A stretch of DNA of 63,965 nucleotides, the filler included, from Theionarchaea archaeon (lineage in GTDB: Archaea > Methanobacteriota_B > Thermococci > Methanofastidiosales > SZ-28-30), in NCBI GenBank assembly GCA_018992565.1. It is 3 parts of 3 records of this genome, joined end to end, with 100 filler letters (N's around TTAATTAATTAA, not from the genome) between each part and the next. Parts side by side here need not be neighbours in the genome. Positions count along the whole stretch, not along the records: positions 21,530 to 42,954 come from JACVGW010000048.1; 2 more parts are not named here. One strand, given 5' to 3'. The notes beneath the pieces are model-generated. The model was given only the letters and a program-made list of their open reading frames with translations, made no database searches and was not told the origin of the DNA. Position numbers and translations under genes: made by a program. Shown here one piece after another: positions 34,301-43,054 of this stretch (positions within the stretch are counted from its first letter, which is position 1; every line of letters starts with the position of its first letter).

Positions 34301-35309
34301 TCCGGTCTTCGGGATGGACGAAGTCCAGGATACTTGCGGGTTCAGATGTGTCTTCATAGTATCCTAGAATCTGCTGGACGTTGGGACTCACATATTCTAC
34401 CGACCCCTCCCTGTTTACAATGTAAACCACATCTGAGCTGTCGCGCATGAGGGCCCTGAATCGCTGTTCACTTCTCTCGAGCTGTTCTTCTCCTTTTCTG
34501 CGCTCTGTGATGTCCTCTACTGTTCCCTCGTAATACAGCACAGTGTCTTTCTCGTTCCGGACAACCTTTGCATTTTCTCGGACGTAGACAGCGGTACCAT
34601 CTTTTCGGATCCATGCTGATTCCAGCCCCGAAATCTGTCCTTCTCGTTCTAGGAAGTCCTTGAATACAGTGCGAGGATATCCTGCTTCGAACCCTTCCTC
34701 TTCCAGGTTGCGGGTAGCGAGGTCTTCAAAGGTAGTGTATCCCAAAAGGCGGACTAGCGTGGGGTTTGCCATGAGAATCTGCCCATCAGGGGTCGTTCGA
34801 TAGATCCCTATGGGAGCATTTTCGAAGAGACTTCTGTGTTTCTCTTCTGATTCACGTAGGATCTTCAGCTCATGTCTCAATGCCTGAAGGCAATTCCTCG
34901 AAAAAGCATGTTCATCAAAACCACCAGCAGGTGGAATCGTGGCAGCCTCTTCTACGGCGTGGACTGCTTCTTCTAGATCATGCGACAGATCAGGGCAGAG
35001 ATCAGCACCGGCTGCCAGAGCTAATTCCTTCAAGAGAGAGCCATCTACGAAGAAGACGACAGGAATTCCACGGAATCGGTCATTCCCTTTGACCGTGGAA
35101 CAGAAAGAGAATTCATCCAGAGTGTCTGGGTCTTGTATTCCTGCAGGTGAATCTCCCTTCCCCTGGAGTACAACCACATCCACAGGTCTGGCATCCAAAA
35201 GCACCAGTGCGTCATTCTGACTACAAGCAGTATACACTGTGTGACCTGCTTCTTCCAGTAGTGGTATCAACCTCTTTATCATCTCCCCAGGCAATGCAAG
35301 CAGGTTCAT
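31332..35309 (-). CDS. Hybrid sensor histidine kinase: degenerate REC, 6 PAS, HisKA, HATPase, REC
   Basis: AGGIAHDFNN H-box, NLIINA, DEGIG, FDPYFTTK..GSGLGL; C-terminal REC LLMDD..IMDL..KP. Confidence 0.95.
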   Translation of the reverse strand: MNLLALPGEMIKRLIPLLEEAGHTVYTACSQNDALVLLDARPVDVVVLQGKGDSPAGIQDPDTLDEFSFCSTVKGNDRFRGIPVVFFVDGSLLKELALAAGADLCPDLSHDLEEAVHAVEEAATIPPAGGFDEHAFSRNCLQALRHELKILRESEEKHRSLFENAPIGIYRTTPDGQILMANPTLVRLLGYTTFEDLATRNLEEEGFEAGYPRTVFKDFLEREGQISGLESAWIRKDGTAVYVRENAKVVRNEKDTVLYYEGTVEDITERRKGEEQLERSEQRFRALMRDSSDVVYIVNREGSVEYVSPNVQQILGYYEDTSEPASILDFVHPEDRKKAGKALSELLEHPGRTMVYEFRVLHKSGSYVWVEVWGKSLLHDPAVSGIVLNVRDITERKKAEEILRESEEKYRSIVELAPDGIITTDMKGVFTSCNSAFLTLTGYEREEIVGKHFTRLPTARTMDIPMYINLFKKFIKEGISQPFEFIWIHKDGSRRLGEAYVSLIKQEGRIVGLQAVARDITERKKAEEILRESEEKYRSIVELAPDGIITTDLKGVITSCNTAFLEMAGHTEEEMLGKHFSRLPALRANDIPQYLRVLNSLVRGKPPRPFHAVWNLEDGQTHTGEIHVGAMRKNGSITGFQAIIRDITERECTQEMLRLSEEKYRTLVENLHVGVYRSTPGKGGQFIDFNKAFASMLGYSDKNELMALNVSSIYVNPEDRLAFTEKIQSEGMLRNEELHLKKKDGTHIIVSDTAAPVYNKEGRFLYIDGISEDITYRKKVEEELLTYRHHLEELVEERTDELRNINEKLQREIITRVHAEESLAAEKEQLAVTLRSIGDGVITTTMEGAVALVNRVAEKLTGWSQEDAVGMLLQDVFTIINENTRLACENPVQKVLREGSVVGLGNNTVLVARDGTERIIADSGAPIRDKNSQIIGVVLVFRDITEKRRSEQGQLRAQKLESLGILAGGIAHDFNNILTAVLNNVTLARAVTADHTVQAKLERIEKASLQARNLTQQLLTFSKGGTPIKRTVSLRNLITDSASFALRGSNVRCHFYIDESLWPAEIDEGQIGQVINNLIINADQAMPEGGIVQVRAENVEVTSEEETPLRPGTYVKISIKDEGIGMPEKLFSKIFDPYFTTKHKGSGLGLATSYSIIKKHDGLIDVESEVGIGTTFYIWLPASLEHQKREEPKEKRLDGSGRVLLMDDEALVRDAAGEVLEYLGYDVTFACDGEETIRLYKKAYQQGTPFDVVIMDLTIPGGMGGEEAISELLSVDPDVTAIVSSGYSTDPVMADYKAYGFKGVVTKPYTMEELSATLGEVLSGE
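33654..34139. repeat. 105-bp near-identical direct repeat (33654-33758, 34035-34139) from a tandem PAS duplication
   Basis: Both encode RDITERKKAEEILRESEEKYRSIVELAPDGIITTD; spacing 381 bp; one mismatch seen. Confidence 0.9.
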
Positions 35310-35393
35310 ATCATCACCATGGGCTACCTATTACTGATTTTGCGCTGAAGGTTCATTTCAGTACCTCTTGGTCGTGAGTTGAATTCCTGTCTC

Positions 35394-37346
35394 TTATCCG
35401 AAGGTTATGATATAACTATCATCTGCAATACTAATGTGGAATCTCTTGAGGCCTACTCCCTCTAGAAGTCCCCATAGCATGCCCTTCCTGCGTGGATAAA
35501 GCTCAATATCTCCCTTGAAGCGCAGGATCAGCTTGCTGCCATTCTTGCTGCTCTCAAGATCCGAAAATCCTCCCATGTCCTTCCACCTTTTCATCTCCCG
35601 CACAAACATGTCGTACCAGTAGTCTGGAGAACTTCTCCTGGTCTGAATTGCCATAGAGGAGTACACAGTCTTCCCCAGCTCAAAAAACGCTTTACTCAAC
35701 TTCCCCCACCCCTCCTCATAGTAATTTCGACTTTCGTAGGACCAGCTGAATTCCAGCATGCGAGTGGCTGCATACACGATGTCCTGGTATTCTTCCACAG
35801 GATACCTTTCGCGGTCTTTGTATCCACGGTGCAGTTTGTGGGTTTTTCGCTTGAGGTATGGATCATTCATGGTTTTCAGCCGCAGGATCTCATTTTCTAC
35901 CTTGTTAATTGCAATGTCTTCCAGTGGACGAGGATAGTACACAGTAGACGTCCATTCTGTTCTGAAAATCTGCTGGAGATAGCGCAGTGTGGCATTGATA
36001 AAGGCCCCCTGCACGGTAGCCCCTCCTGCTGGAACTAATTCAGATGGTGGCCCCTCCTGGATACTTACAGGGGGAGGCTGTTCTTTCTTCTCAAGAGGTT
36101 TCTTCAGCCGGGGAGCAAAGTAAATGTCAATCTGAAAATTGCCCTTTGAAGCAGCTTCTTCCAGTGCTGAAAGTGCTTCCTTGGAGCGGAGGATTTTATC
36201 ATTCTCAAAGTATGCTTCAAGGACTTTTCCCCCATCAATGAAAACGAGTCCCTGTTCCTCATATCCTCTGAGGACAATACATCCTGAAAACTCGCTTTCA
36301 GAGAGGTTTTCCAGAATGTCTGCGTACTGAATCTGCTCAGAGCTCAAGTTCTTGAACAGAACCTGATCTTCCAGGTACCCCATGAGGAGATGAATGATCT
36401 TGGAGGGCACTGAATGCATGGTCAGTGCTCCCTTCTTCGTTTTGATCTGGTTCTCCAGAACCTCGAATGCCCGGATCTTGTTCCCATCCCGTCCAACAAT
36501 TACGGGGAGAACACATTCACCTTCTGAAAACAGCATGATGCCCTGGCCCAGGGGCAGCTGCGCTTCTAGAATGCAGCTCATTCTCTTGCGCTTTATCTCG
36601 TCTGTGAGGGTGTCAAGTCCAAGAAAGGGCGTGGGAACCTCTTCCATGAGCATCATTTTCGGAAGAAGGACAATGTCAGATGGAGGTGCAGCTACGGGAG
36701 ACGCTGAAAACTGTATCCCTCTATCAGAAATCTCGAAGGGATACCACTGGGTGGAGTGCTTTCTATCCAGGAACTTGAAGATACGCATGTACCGGCGGAT
36801 GGTCCCTCGCTCTCTGAGCCTGATTTCAATGACTGATGACACCAGTGACTTCATCTTGGTGAGAAAATCTTCTGTCTCTTTTGTTGGAGTGGCCAGGAGA
36901 ATCAGGCTGACATTCTGTTCCTGAAGTTTTCGGGTGAGGGCCTCTGTGAACTTCATGATCTTTCTCTCTTCCATTCCCACCATCAAAACCGTAAGAGAAT
37001 CCACGACTACCAGAGACAGAGGCTGAGTCCCCTCCCTGATGGCCTGGGTCAGGCTGATGTTGAGTTCTGTGGGGTCAGTCACGTCGCCGATTTCAATGAT
37101 TCCCAGATGTTTGCTCTTCAAGAAGGAGGATACATCCCAATTGAACAGCTTCTTTTGCTGGCCAATGAGGTTTATCTGGTTCTGAGACGCAATGCAGATG
37201 ACAACTTGCTGTCTCTTGAGAAGGTGGTACATCAAGTGTTGGGATAGAATGGTTTTACCACTACCTGGAGGTCCTACAATGAGGCAGCTGATCCCTGAAG
37301 GGAGATGTTCTTCCAGTATGTCCATGGGAGTAAGCTCTTCGTTCAA
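35394..37346 (-). CDS. KaiC/RAD55-like ATPase fused to two PATAN/DUF4388-like domains and an unknown C-terminal domain
   Basis: GPPGSGKT, VVVDSL, RRYMRIFK..H..YPFEISDRGI; later FSGCIVL..GLVFIDGGKVLEA. Confidence 0.75.
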   Translation of the reverse strand: MNEELTPMDILEEHLPSGISCLIVGPPGSGKTILSQHLMYHLLKRQQVVICIASQNQINLIGQQKKLFNWDVSSFLKSKHLGIIEIGDVTDPTELNISLTQAIREGTQPLSLVVVDSLTVLMVGMEERKIMKFTEALTRKLQEQNVSLILLATPTKETEDFLTKMKSLVSSVIEIRLRERGTIRRYMRIFKFLDRKHSTQWYPFEISDRGIQFSASPVAAPPSDIVLLPKMMLMEEVPTPFLGLDTLTDEIKRKRMSCILEAQLPLGQGIMLFSEGECVLPVIVGRDGNKIRAFEVLENQIKTKKGALTMHSVPSKIIHLLMGYLEDQVLFKNLSSEQIQYADILENLSESEFSGCIVLRGYEEQGLVFIDGGKVLEAYFENDKILRSKEALSALEEAASKGNFQIDIYFAPRLKKPLEKKEQPPPVSIQEGPPSELVPAGGATVQGAFINATLRYLQQIFRTEWTSTVYYPRPLEDIAINKVENEILRLKTMNDPYLKRKTHKLHRGYKDRERYPVEEYQDIVYAATRMLEFSWSYESRNYYEEGWGKLSKAFFELGKTVYSSMAIQTRRSSPDYWYDMFVREMKRWKDMGGFSDLESSKNGSKLILRFKGDIELYPRRKGMLWGLLEGVGLKRFHISIADDSYIITFG

Positions 37347-37484
37347 TGTGTTTTTTTTGCATGGTGAGTATTTAAGTATTGTGAATTATGGAGGAACCGC
37401 TGCCTGAATCTGTCAAAGACGGGGTTGGATTATAGAATCCTCAAAGAAATCTGGCTTCTACTGGTGGACTCACCGTTATGCTGG

Positions 37485-38786
37485 TCACTGGCTCTTTGGG
37501 TTCCACAGGTGCGTATTCGCCCGTACAGCAGCGGGAGTTGTGAGCAATTCGAGAGCTTCTCCTCCCTCCTGTAACAGATATATCAGGAGTCCTGCGTTAT
37601 CTCTCAAGAACTGCTCAAATCCTGACTGTTCATTGACTTTCCTGGGTTGAATTGAGTCTCGAGGGTGCAATATACCTGTACTGATCTTGTCGTACACGCG
37701 TTCTGCCCTTGCCCACGTATGGACAAAGTCGTGATCCCACATGCGCGGATCAAATCGTGGAGTTCCCTCCGTTGTTTGCAGGAGGGCAGGAAGGCTGACC
37801 AGTCCAGTCTTGCTGTGCAGCGAAAAAACACTCCTCAATTTACCCTCTCTCTTATTTGACGAATGATCAATCAACAACTTGAACTGGCGTCTGAAGCGAG
37901 AATACGGGTTGATTGACAAGATTTGAGGTATCCCCACTTTGACCGGTCCCCGAGAGGTTTCATAGATGTCCAGATCCTTCAACAAGTAGTCTTCCCTCTT
38001 CATAGGTTGAACAGACACGTGCAGTTTTTTCAGGTCATCTAATGTCAGGATTCTCCCAATGTCTCTCAGTTCATAGAACATAACTCGAGCTCCCACCAGG
38101 TCCACAAACCGACGAGCAACGAAAAAGGGATCCTTGTAGCTCTTGACTTCTTCAAGTTGAAGAATTTCATCCCTCGCAGCAGTACCCTGTTCTTGGGAAA
38201 GAGAGTCCGTATCCCTGGTCACAATGGTCTTTACTATGTCTTGATACACAGTAAAGGGCTCTTTCAATTCTACAGGAATCTGGATGTGCCAGCCTTTGTT
38301 GCCTGAGAATTTCACCATATAATAAAGGTTGTATCTCTCCAGAATGCCCAGAATCTTCTCTGTGACATAGGTATTCAATATCCAGCTCTTTCTTTTTCCC
38401 AATACTGCTTCCATCATACTTCCCGGGTCTGTCTCTATGGTGATGCTACTGGGATAGTCTTCATCAACCCTGTTGACAGCAGGCATGAATTCTGCAATCC
38501 CGTGCTCGACTACTGATGTATAGAGCTCCTCCCTGCAGGTAATCTCTACATTCTTCCACCCTGATAATGTCTTCACCATCATTCCCTGGCGCATTGAGCC
38601 TAATGGCGTTTTCAGCGTGAACAACACATGTCTACTGGACATGGTATCATATAGGATATCCTGGATTTGTGGGAGTGAGTAGAGTGCTATTGCAGCATCT
38701 GGAGGGGGTAAACGTACTCTCACGGGAAGATCTTCAGTTCCCAGAATACTATCATTGAAGTACAGGTTGATAGTCACTGCTTGCAT
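37485..38786 (-). CDS. Archaeo-eukaryotic primase (AEP) superfamily protein, LigD primase-polymerase-like
   Basis: IETDP (motif I position), KFSGNKGWHIQIP (motif II), LIDHSSN..RSVFSLHSKTGLVSLP (motif III region). Confidence 0.7.
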   Translation of the reverse strand: MQAVTINLYFNDSILGTEDLPVRVRLPPPDAAIALYSLPQIQDILYDTMSSRHVLFTLKTPLGSMRQGMMVKTLSGWKNVEITCREELYTSVVEHGIAEFMPAVNRVDEDYPSSITIETDPGSMMEAVLGKRKSWILNTYVTEKILGILERYNLYYMVKFSGNKGWHIQIPVELKEPFTVYQDIVKTIVTRDTDSLSQEQGTAARDEILQLEEVKSYKDPFFVARRFVDLVGARVMFYELRDIGRILTLDDLKKLHVSVQPMKREDYLLKDLDIYETSRGPVKVGIPQILSINPYSRFRRQFKLLIDHSSNKREGKLRSVFSLHSKTGLVSLPALLQTTEGTPRFDPRMWDHDFVHTWARAERVYDKISTGILHPRDSIQPRKVNEQSGFEQFLRDNAGLLIYLLQEGGEALELLTTPAAVRANTHLWNPKSQ

Positions 38787-38923
38787 GTGATTGAGTTCTT
38801 CTGCTGAGAAGAGGGCTTTAGCAGCAAAGACAAAAATGTCAGCGGTAATGCAACCCGCAGAACAGGGGAATTCCAGGACAGCACATGTTTTTACTCCATT
38901 TCCTTCTCTCCAGGAAGGACCCA

Positions 38924-39023
38924 NNNNNNNNNNNNNNNNNNNNNNNNNNNNNNNNNNNNNNNNNNNNNNNNNNNNNNNNNNNNNNNNNNNNNNNNNNNNN
39001 NNNNNNNNNNNNNNNNNNNNNNN
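38924..39023. other. Scaffold gap (100 N)
   Basis: N-run. Confidence 0.99.
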
Positions 39024-39583
39024 GGGACTACCTGGGTCTGCCGCTCGTAGTGGATGGCTTTGTGGGCACGGGACGGAGTGCTTTTACTGGCGCTGGAGTC
39101 TGGCTGATGGGTCATTTGAGACGCAGCCTCAACAGGTAACTGCAGAGAAACCACCTCGACGATTCGCGACCATGCGAATTCTCTTTCAGGATGAGTAGCT
39201 GATTCAGGAGAATTTATATGTATTACGTCAGTCCTTTGGAAAAATAAGGCACAATTTGAATTGATTCTTGAAAATAATTTTATTTACGTGAATAAAACTT
39301 CGGTTGAAGGATATTATAACATTGAGGCTCTAGAACCTGGAACTGGCATCAGAAGTGGGATGGGAAAATGAAAGCTCTTTCAAGCCACTGCGGATTTTGC
39401 GGCACATATATGTAGAATACTCTATTCTGGTGTGTGTACCACATGTGAGTGGCAACTTCTGGCTTTCGGATCCTGTATGTTCCCTGTTTTCTAGACCGCT
39501 GGATTCTCTACCACCCCCTTCCTGCCTTCTCTACCTCTACCATAAACCCTTTAAAAGGCAGAGCAAAATGGGAGCGTGATGTA

Positions 39584-40969
39584 ATGAATGAACTGCCCGA
39601 CACCCCATCTACAACAGACAAGATTTTAGATAGTATTGCCCACATCTTACCGGAAGTCCAGCTACCGAAACGACCTGTCCCTATGAAGGAACGTCTCCTG
39701 TGGACAGGTGGAGTGCTAACGCTCTTCTTCATTCTGGGTGAAATTACCATCTACGGAGTTTCTCAGGAAGCCCAGGACTATTTTGGCTTTTTCAAGGCTG
39801 TTCTTGCCTCTGAAAGTGGTACTCTTATTACCCTGGGTATTGGTCCCATAGTTGCTGGAGGCATCTTCATGCAATTGTTTCAGGGAGCTGAGATCTTTCA
39901 TTTTGACCTGACTTCTCACCAGGGAAAAGCCAGATATCAGACCGCCCAGAAAATGCTGGCCCTCTTCTTGTGTCTTTTTGAAGCTGCTGTATACATATTT
40001 GCAGGTGCTTTCGGTGAATATGGATTTGGAAGAGAAGTCTTCCTGACTCTGCAGATAGGATTCGGTGCAGTACTCGTGCTCTTCATGGATGAAGTGGTCA
40101 CCAAGTGGGGATTTGGTTCTGGCGTATCTCTGTTTATTGTTGGAGGAGTGGCAAAAGACATATTCTGGAAGACTTTCAGTTTTCTCCCCTCATCTGAACA
40201 GGGAGGTCAGTTGATCGGAGCAGTCCCTGGGTTCATTCAATCAATTGTCAGCGGGGCTCCTGTACTCATAAGGACTGATTTGCCGGACGTGGTGGAGGTG
40301 GCAGCCACACTTCTCATCTTCTTGATTGTCGTCTATTCTGAAACCCTTCGGATCACCATTCCGCTGTCAATGGGACGATTCAAAGGGACCAAGGGAGGGT
40401 ATCCCGTCAGATTCATGTATGCATCAGTCATCCCTGTGATTTTTACCATGTCTGTATTTGGTACTTTCCAGCTGTTTGCAAGATCAATTGAGAACAGATT
40501 TCATCTTGGAATACTGGGACAATTTTCAGCGACAGGTCAAGCAGTGGGTGGGATCATGTACTATATTTCACCTCCCAGAGGTATTGACCAGGTGATGCGA
40601 GACCCCGAACGGGCTCTCATCTATCTCGTGATCGTGCTGGTGTTGTGCGCTTTCTTTGCTCGAATGTGGACGGGTTATGTGGGAATGGATTCAAAGTCAG
40701 TAGCCCAGAGAATTCAAGAAAGTGGAATGCAGGTAGCCGGGTTCCAGAGGGACATACGAGTCATTGAGATGATGCTTGACAAATACATACCGCAGGTCAC
40801 GCTTATGGGAGGAATTGCCGTTGGATTGCTGGCTATTCTGGCTGACTTCACTCATGCGCTAGGAACAGGAACGGGCATTCTGCTTGCTGTTATGATTACG
40901 TTCAGAATGTATACTGATCTCGTGAGAGCTCCCGATCTTCCAGCGTCAATGAGAAAGCTCTTGTCGTAG
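39584..40969 (+). CDS. secY: Preprotein translocase SecY/Sec61alpha, stand-alone copy
   Basis: LPEV..P, GTLITLGIGPIV, DEVVTKWGFGSGVSLFI, YPVRFMYASVIP, GTGTGILL; TTTAAAA box upstream. Confidence 0.93.
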   Translation: MNELPDTPSTTDKILDSIAHILPEVQLPKRPVPMKERLLWTGGVLTLFFILGEITIYGVSQEAQDYFGFFKAVLASESGTLITLGIGPIVAGGIFMQLFQGAEIFHFDLTSHQGKARYQTAQKMLALFLCLFEAAVYIFAGAFGEYGFGREVFLTLQIGFGAVLVLFMDEVVTKWGFGSGVSLFIVGGVAKDIFWKTFSFLPSSEQGGQLIGAVPGFIQSIVSGAPVLIRTDLPDVVEVAATLLIFLIVVYSETLRITIPLSMGRFKGTKGGYPVRFMYASVIPVIFTMSVFGTFQLFARSIENRFHLGILGQFSATGQAVGGIMYYISPPRGIDQVMRDPERALIYLVIVLVLCAFFARMWTGYVGMDSKSVAQRIQESGMQVAGFQRDIRVIEMMLDKYIPQVTLMGGIAVGLLAILADFTHALGTGTGILLAVMITFRMYTDLVRAPDLPASMRKLLS

Positions 40970-41042
40970 TCACCAGGAAGGAACGTTGAGGTAGCGTAAG
41001 AACATGGTTCAGGAGATTAGACTCCATGGACTCGTATCTTCA

Positions 41043-41897
41043 TCAGGTGTAGTGTTCCCAGCCCAGTAATGGCATCTTCTCTCCATCAAGAAAGACGCCT
41101 TTTCCTGAAGTGACTTCTCCAATTTCTGTTCCTATCTCAGGATTAATATCAGAATCAGTGAATACCAGTTCATACTCCTCTCCACTCTTCAGAGCCCAGA
41201 GCACTGGATCTTCGCCCAGCATCTCGGCTTTCTCTTTCACTTCAGCATGGATGGGTATCAAGTCGGAGTAGATGGACAATGACACGGCTGAAGCTTCTGC
41301 GAGGTGATATACCTCAGAAGATAACCCGTCAGAAATGTCAATACAGGCATGTGCCTTCAGGGCCAACCCCTCCTTGATGCGGGGGTAAGGAGAGAAAATC
41401 TTCTCTTTCATGGCAGGAGTCGCACTGTCCATATTCTTGAGGCCCGCATACACCCGCCCCACGTCGCCCGTCACTCCCACCTTGTCTCCAGGTTTCGCCC
41501 CACTTCGTAACATGACAGTCCTGGAAATGCCGAGTGCAACCCCGGAGACAGATAGTTCTCCTTCATTCAGGTCTCCTCCTGCGTACAAACAGTGAAACTG
41601 ATCACAGGCACGGGTTATTCCTTTGATCAGGTCCAGGACAGGATATGGCTCAGGAGCAGTAATAGAACACAGAAAGTACTGGGGAGTAGCTCCCATTGCA
41701 GCCAGATCTGACAGGTTCATTACCACGGCCTTCCACCCTATGTCGGAAGGGGTCATTCCACGAGGGACATCGGTCTTTGCTACCAGCGTATCAATAGTCA
41801 GAGAGAAGAGAGAATCATCATGAGAGAACACAAATGCATCTTCACTATCAATGTGTAGCAGCTCTGTAATAGTATGAATCAATTCTCTTTCTTTCAT
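41043..41897 (-). CDS. thiL: Thiamine-monophosphate kinase
   Basis: MKERELI, NLSDLAAMGA, GGD, RSGAKPGD, IDISDGL, GEEYEL. Confidence 0.95.
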   Translation of the reverse strand: MKERELIHTITELLHIDSEDAFVFSHDDSLFSLTIDTLVAKTDVPRGMTPSDIGWKAVVMNLSDLAAMGATPQYFLCSITAPEPYPVLDLIKGITRACDQFHCLYAGGDLNEGELSVSGVALGISRTVMLRSGAKPGDKVGVTGDVGRVYAGLKNMDSATPAMKEKIFSPYPRIKEGLALKAHACIDISDGLSSEVYHLAEASAVSLSIYSDLIPIHAEVKEKAEMLGEDPVLWALKSGEEYELVFTDSDINPEIGTEIGEVTSGKGVFLDGEKMPLLGWEHYT

Positions 41898-41991
41898 GGA
41901 ATGGTCTGAGAAGAGGCACACTTAAGGGTTTCATATGAACCACAAATAAAAAAGGAGGAGCAGTCTCTTCTCAGGTAGTGAGAGAAGAAGC

Positions 41992-42954
41992 TCAATCTCT
42001 GAGCACGAACTGGTCCAAAACTTCCCGTGCCTTCTCTCGTTTCTTCTGATGTTCTTTCAGGTAGGCTACCAGTCGATCTGCCAGTTCTTTCTTGCACTGC
42101 CCGCACATCAAATCTCCACACTTGCATGCCTGTCTCCTCTTTTCAAGGGGAGTATCTTCAGGCTCAAACAGGAAGTAGTAGTACTGATAGACTGTGCACA
42201 CCTCAGGAGTTCCTCCCAGGTTCTTCTGTTCTTCCAGTGTCTCTCTCCCTCCTGTGAAAGCATTCATGACCTTTCTGCGTGCCACTTCAGGAGGGTCTAC
42301 AGTGAATATTGCTGACTCCTCAGCAGATGCTGACATCTTCCCCGAGGGGCCTTCCAGCGAGGGCAGGAAAATATTGTGAATAGCTGCAGGTTTGTAGTAT
42401 CCTAGCTTTTCTGCAACATCCCTGGCAATTCTCCAGTACGGATCCTGGTCAATGGCAGCAGGTATGACCACGGGGACCTTTCTGTTTTCAAGTTCAGAAG
42501 GGAGAAAACAGGGTACACCCTGAATAGCAGGAAAGAAGATCATACCAATATTGGTGGAATTGGTGAACCCGAACACAGCCTTTACCGTTGAGAAGGTAAC
42601 ACGTTTTGCTATTTTTACTGCAATCCGGTACAGGGTCTTTGCGTAGTCAATGTCAGTGAACACAAAGGTTTTCTCAGGGTCAAATCCCTGGGCTATGAAG
42701 TCCAGTGCATTGTCATACGCATATGTGCGTGTCTGCTCCAATGTCAGGTCATTTCTATGCATAAATTTCTCATCGTCAGTAATCTGGAAGTACATGGTGA
42801 CATCCAACTTCTCCTGGAGGTACTGGCAGAATATCCACGGCATCATATGTCCCAAATGGGTGTGACCAGAAGGTCCTCTGCCCGTGTAGATGGCAAATGG
42901 AACTCCCTTTTCGTACATATCCAGAATCCAGTCAAAGTCCCGGTGTGAAAAGAA
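41992..42954 (-). CDS. trpS: Tryptophanyl-tRNA synthetase (archaeal/eukaryotic type), 5'-truncated at contig end
   Basis: YTGRGPS..HLGH, QITDDEK, AIDQDPYWR, KMSAS. Confidence 0.96.
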   Translation of the reverse strand, partial: FFSHRDFDWILDMYEKGVPFAIYTGRGPSGHTHLGHMMPWIFCQYLQEKLDVTMYFQITDDEKFMHRNDLTLEQTRTYAYDNALDFIAQGFDPEKTFVFTDIDYAKTLYRIAVKIAKRVTFSTVKAVFGFTNSTNIGMIFFPAIQGVPCFLPSELENRKVPVVIPAAIDQDPYWRIARDVAEKLGYYKPAAIHNIFLPSLEGPSGKMSASAEESAIFTVDPPEVARRKVMNAFTGGRETLEEQKNLGGTPEVCTVYQYYYFLFEPEDTPLEKRRQACKCGDLMCGQCKKELADRLVAYLKEHQKKREKAREVLDQFVLRD

Positions 42955-43054
42955 NNNNNNNNNNNNNNNNNNNNNNNNNNNNNNNNNNNNNNNNNNNNTT
43001 AATTAATTAANNNNNNNNNNNNNNNNNNNNNNNNNNNNNNNNNNNNNNNNNNNN
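42955..43054. other. Artificial contig linker (N-run with TTAATTAATTAA)
   Basis: 44 N + TTAATTAATTAA + 44 N. Confidence 0.97.

Noticed and set aside
38791..39198. ORF fragments around the gap upstream of secY
   Set aside because: They are interrupted by 100 N and too short to assign.
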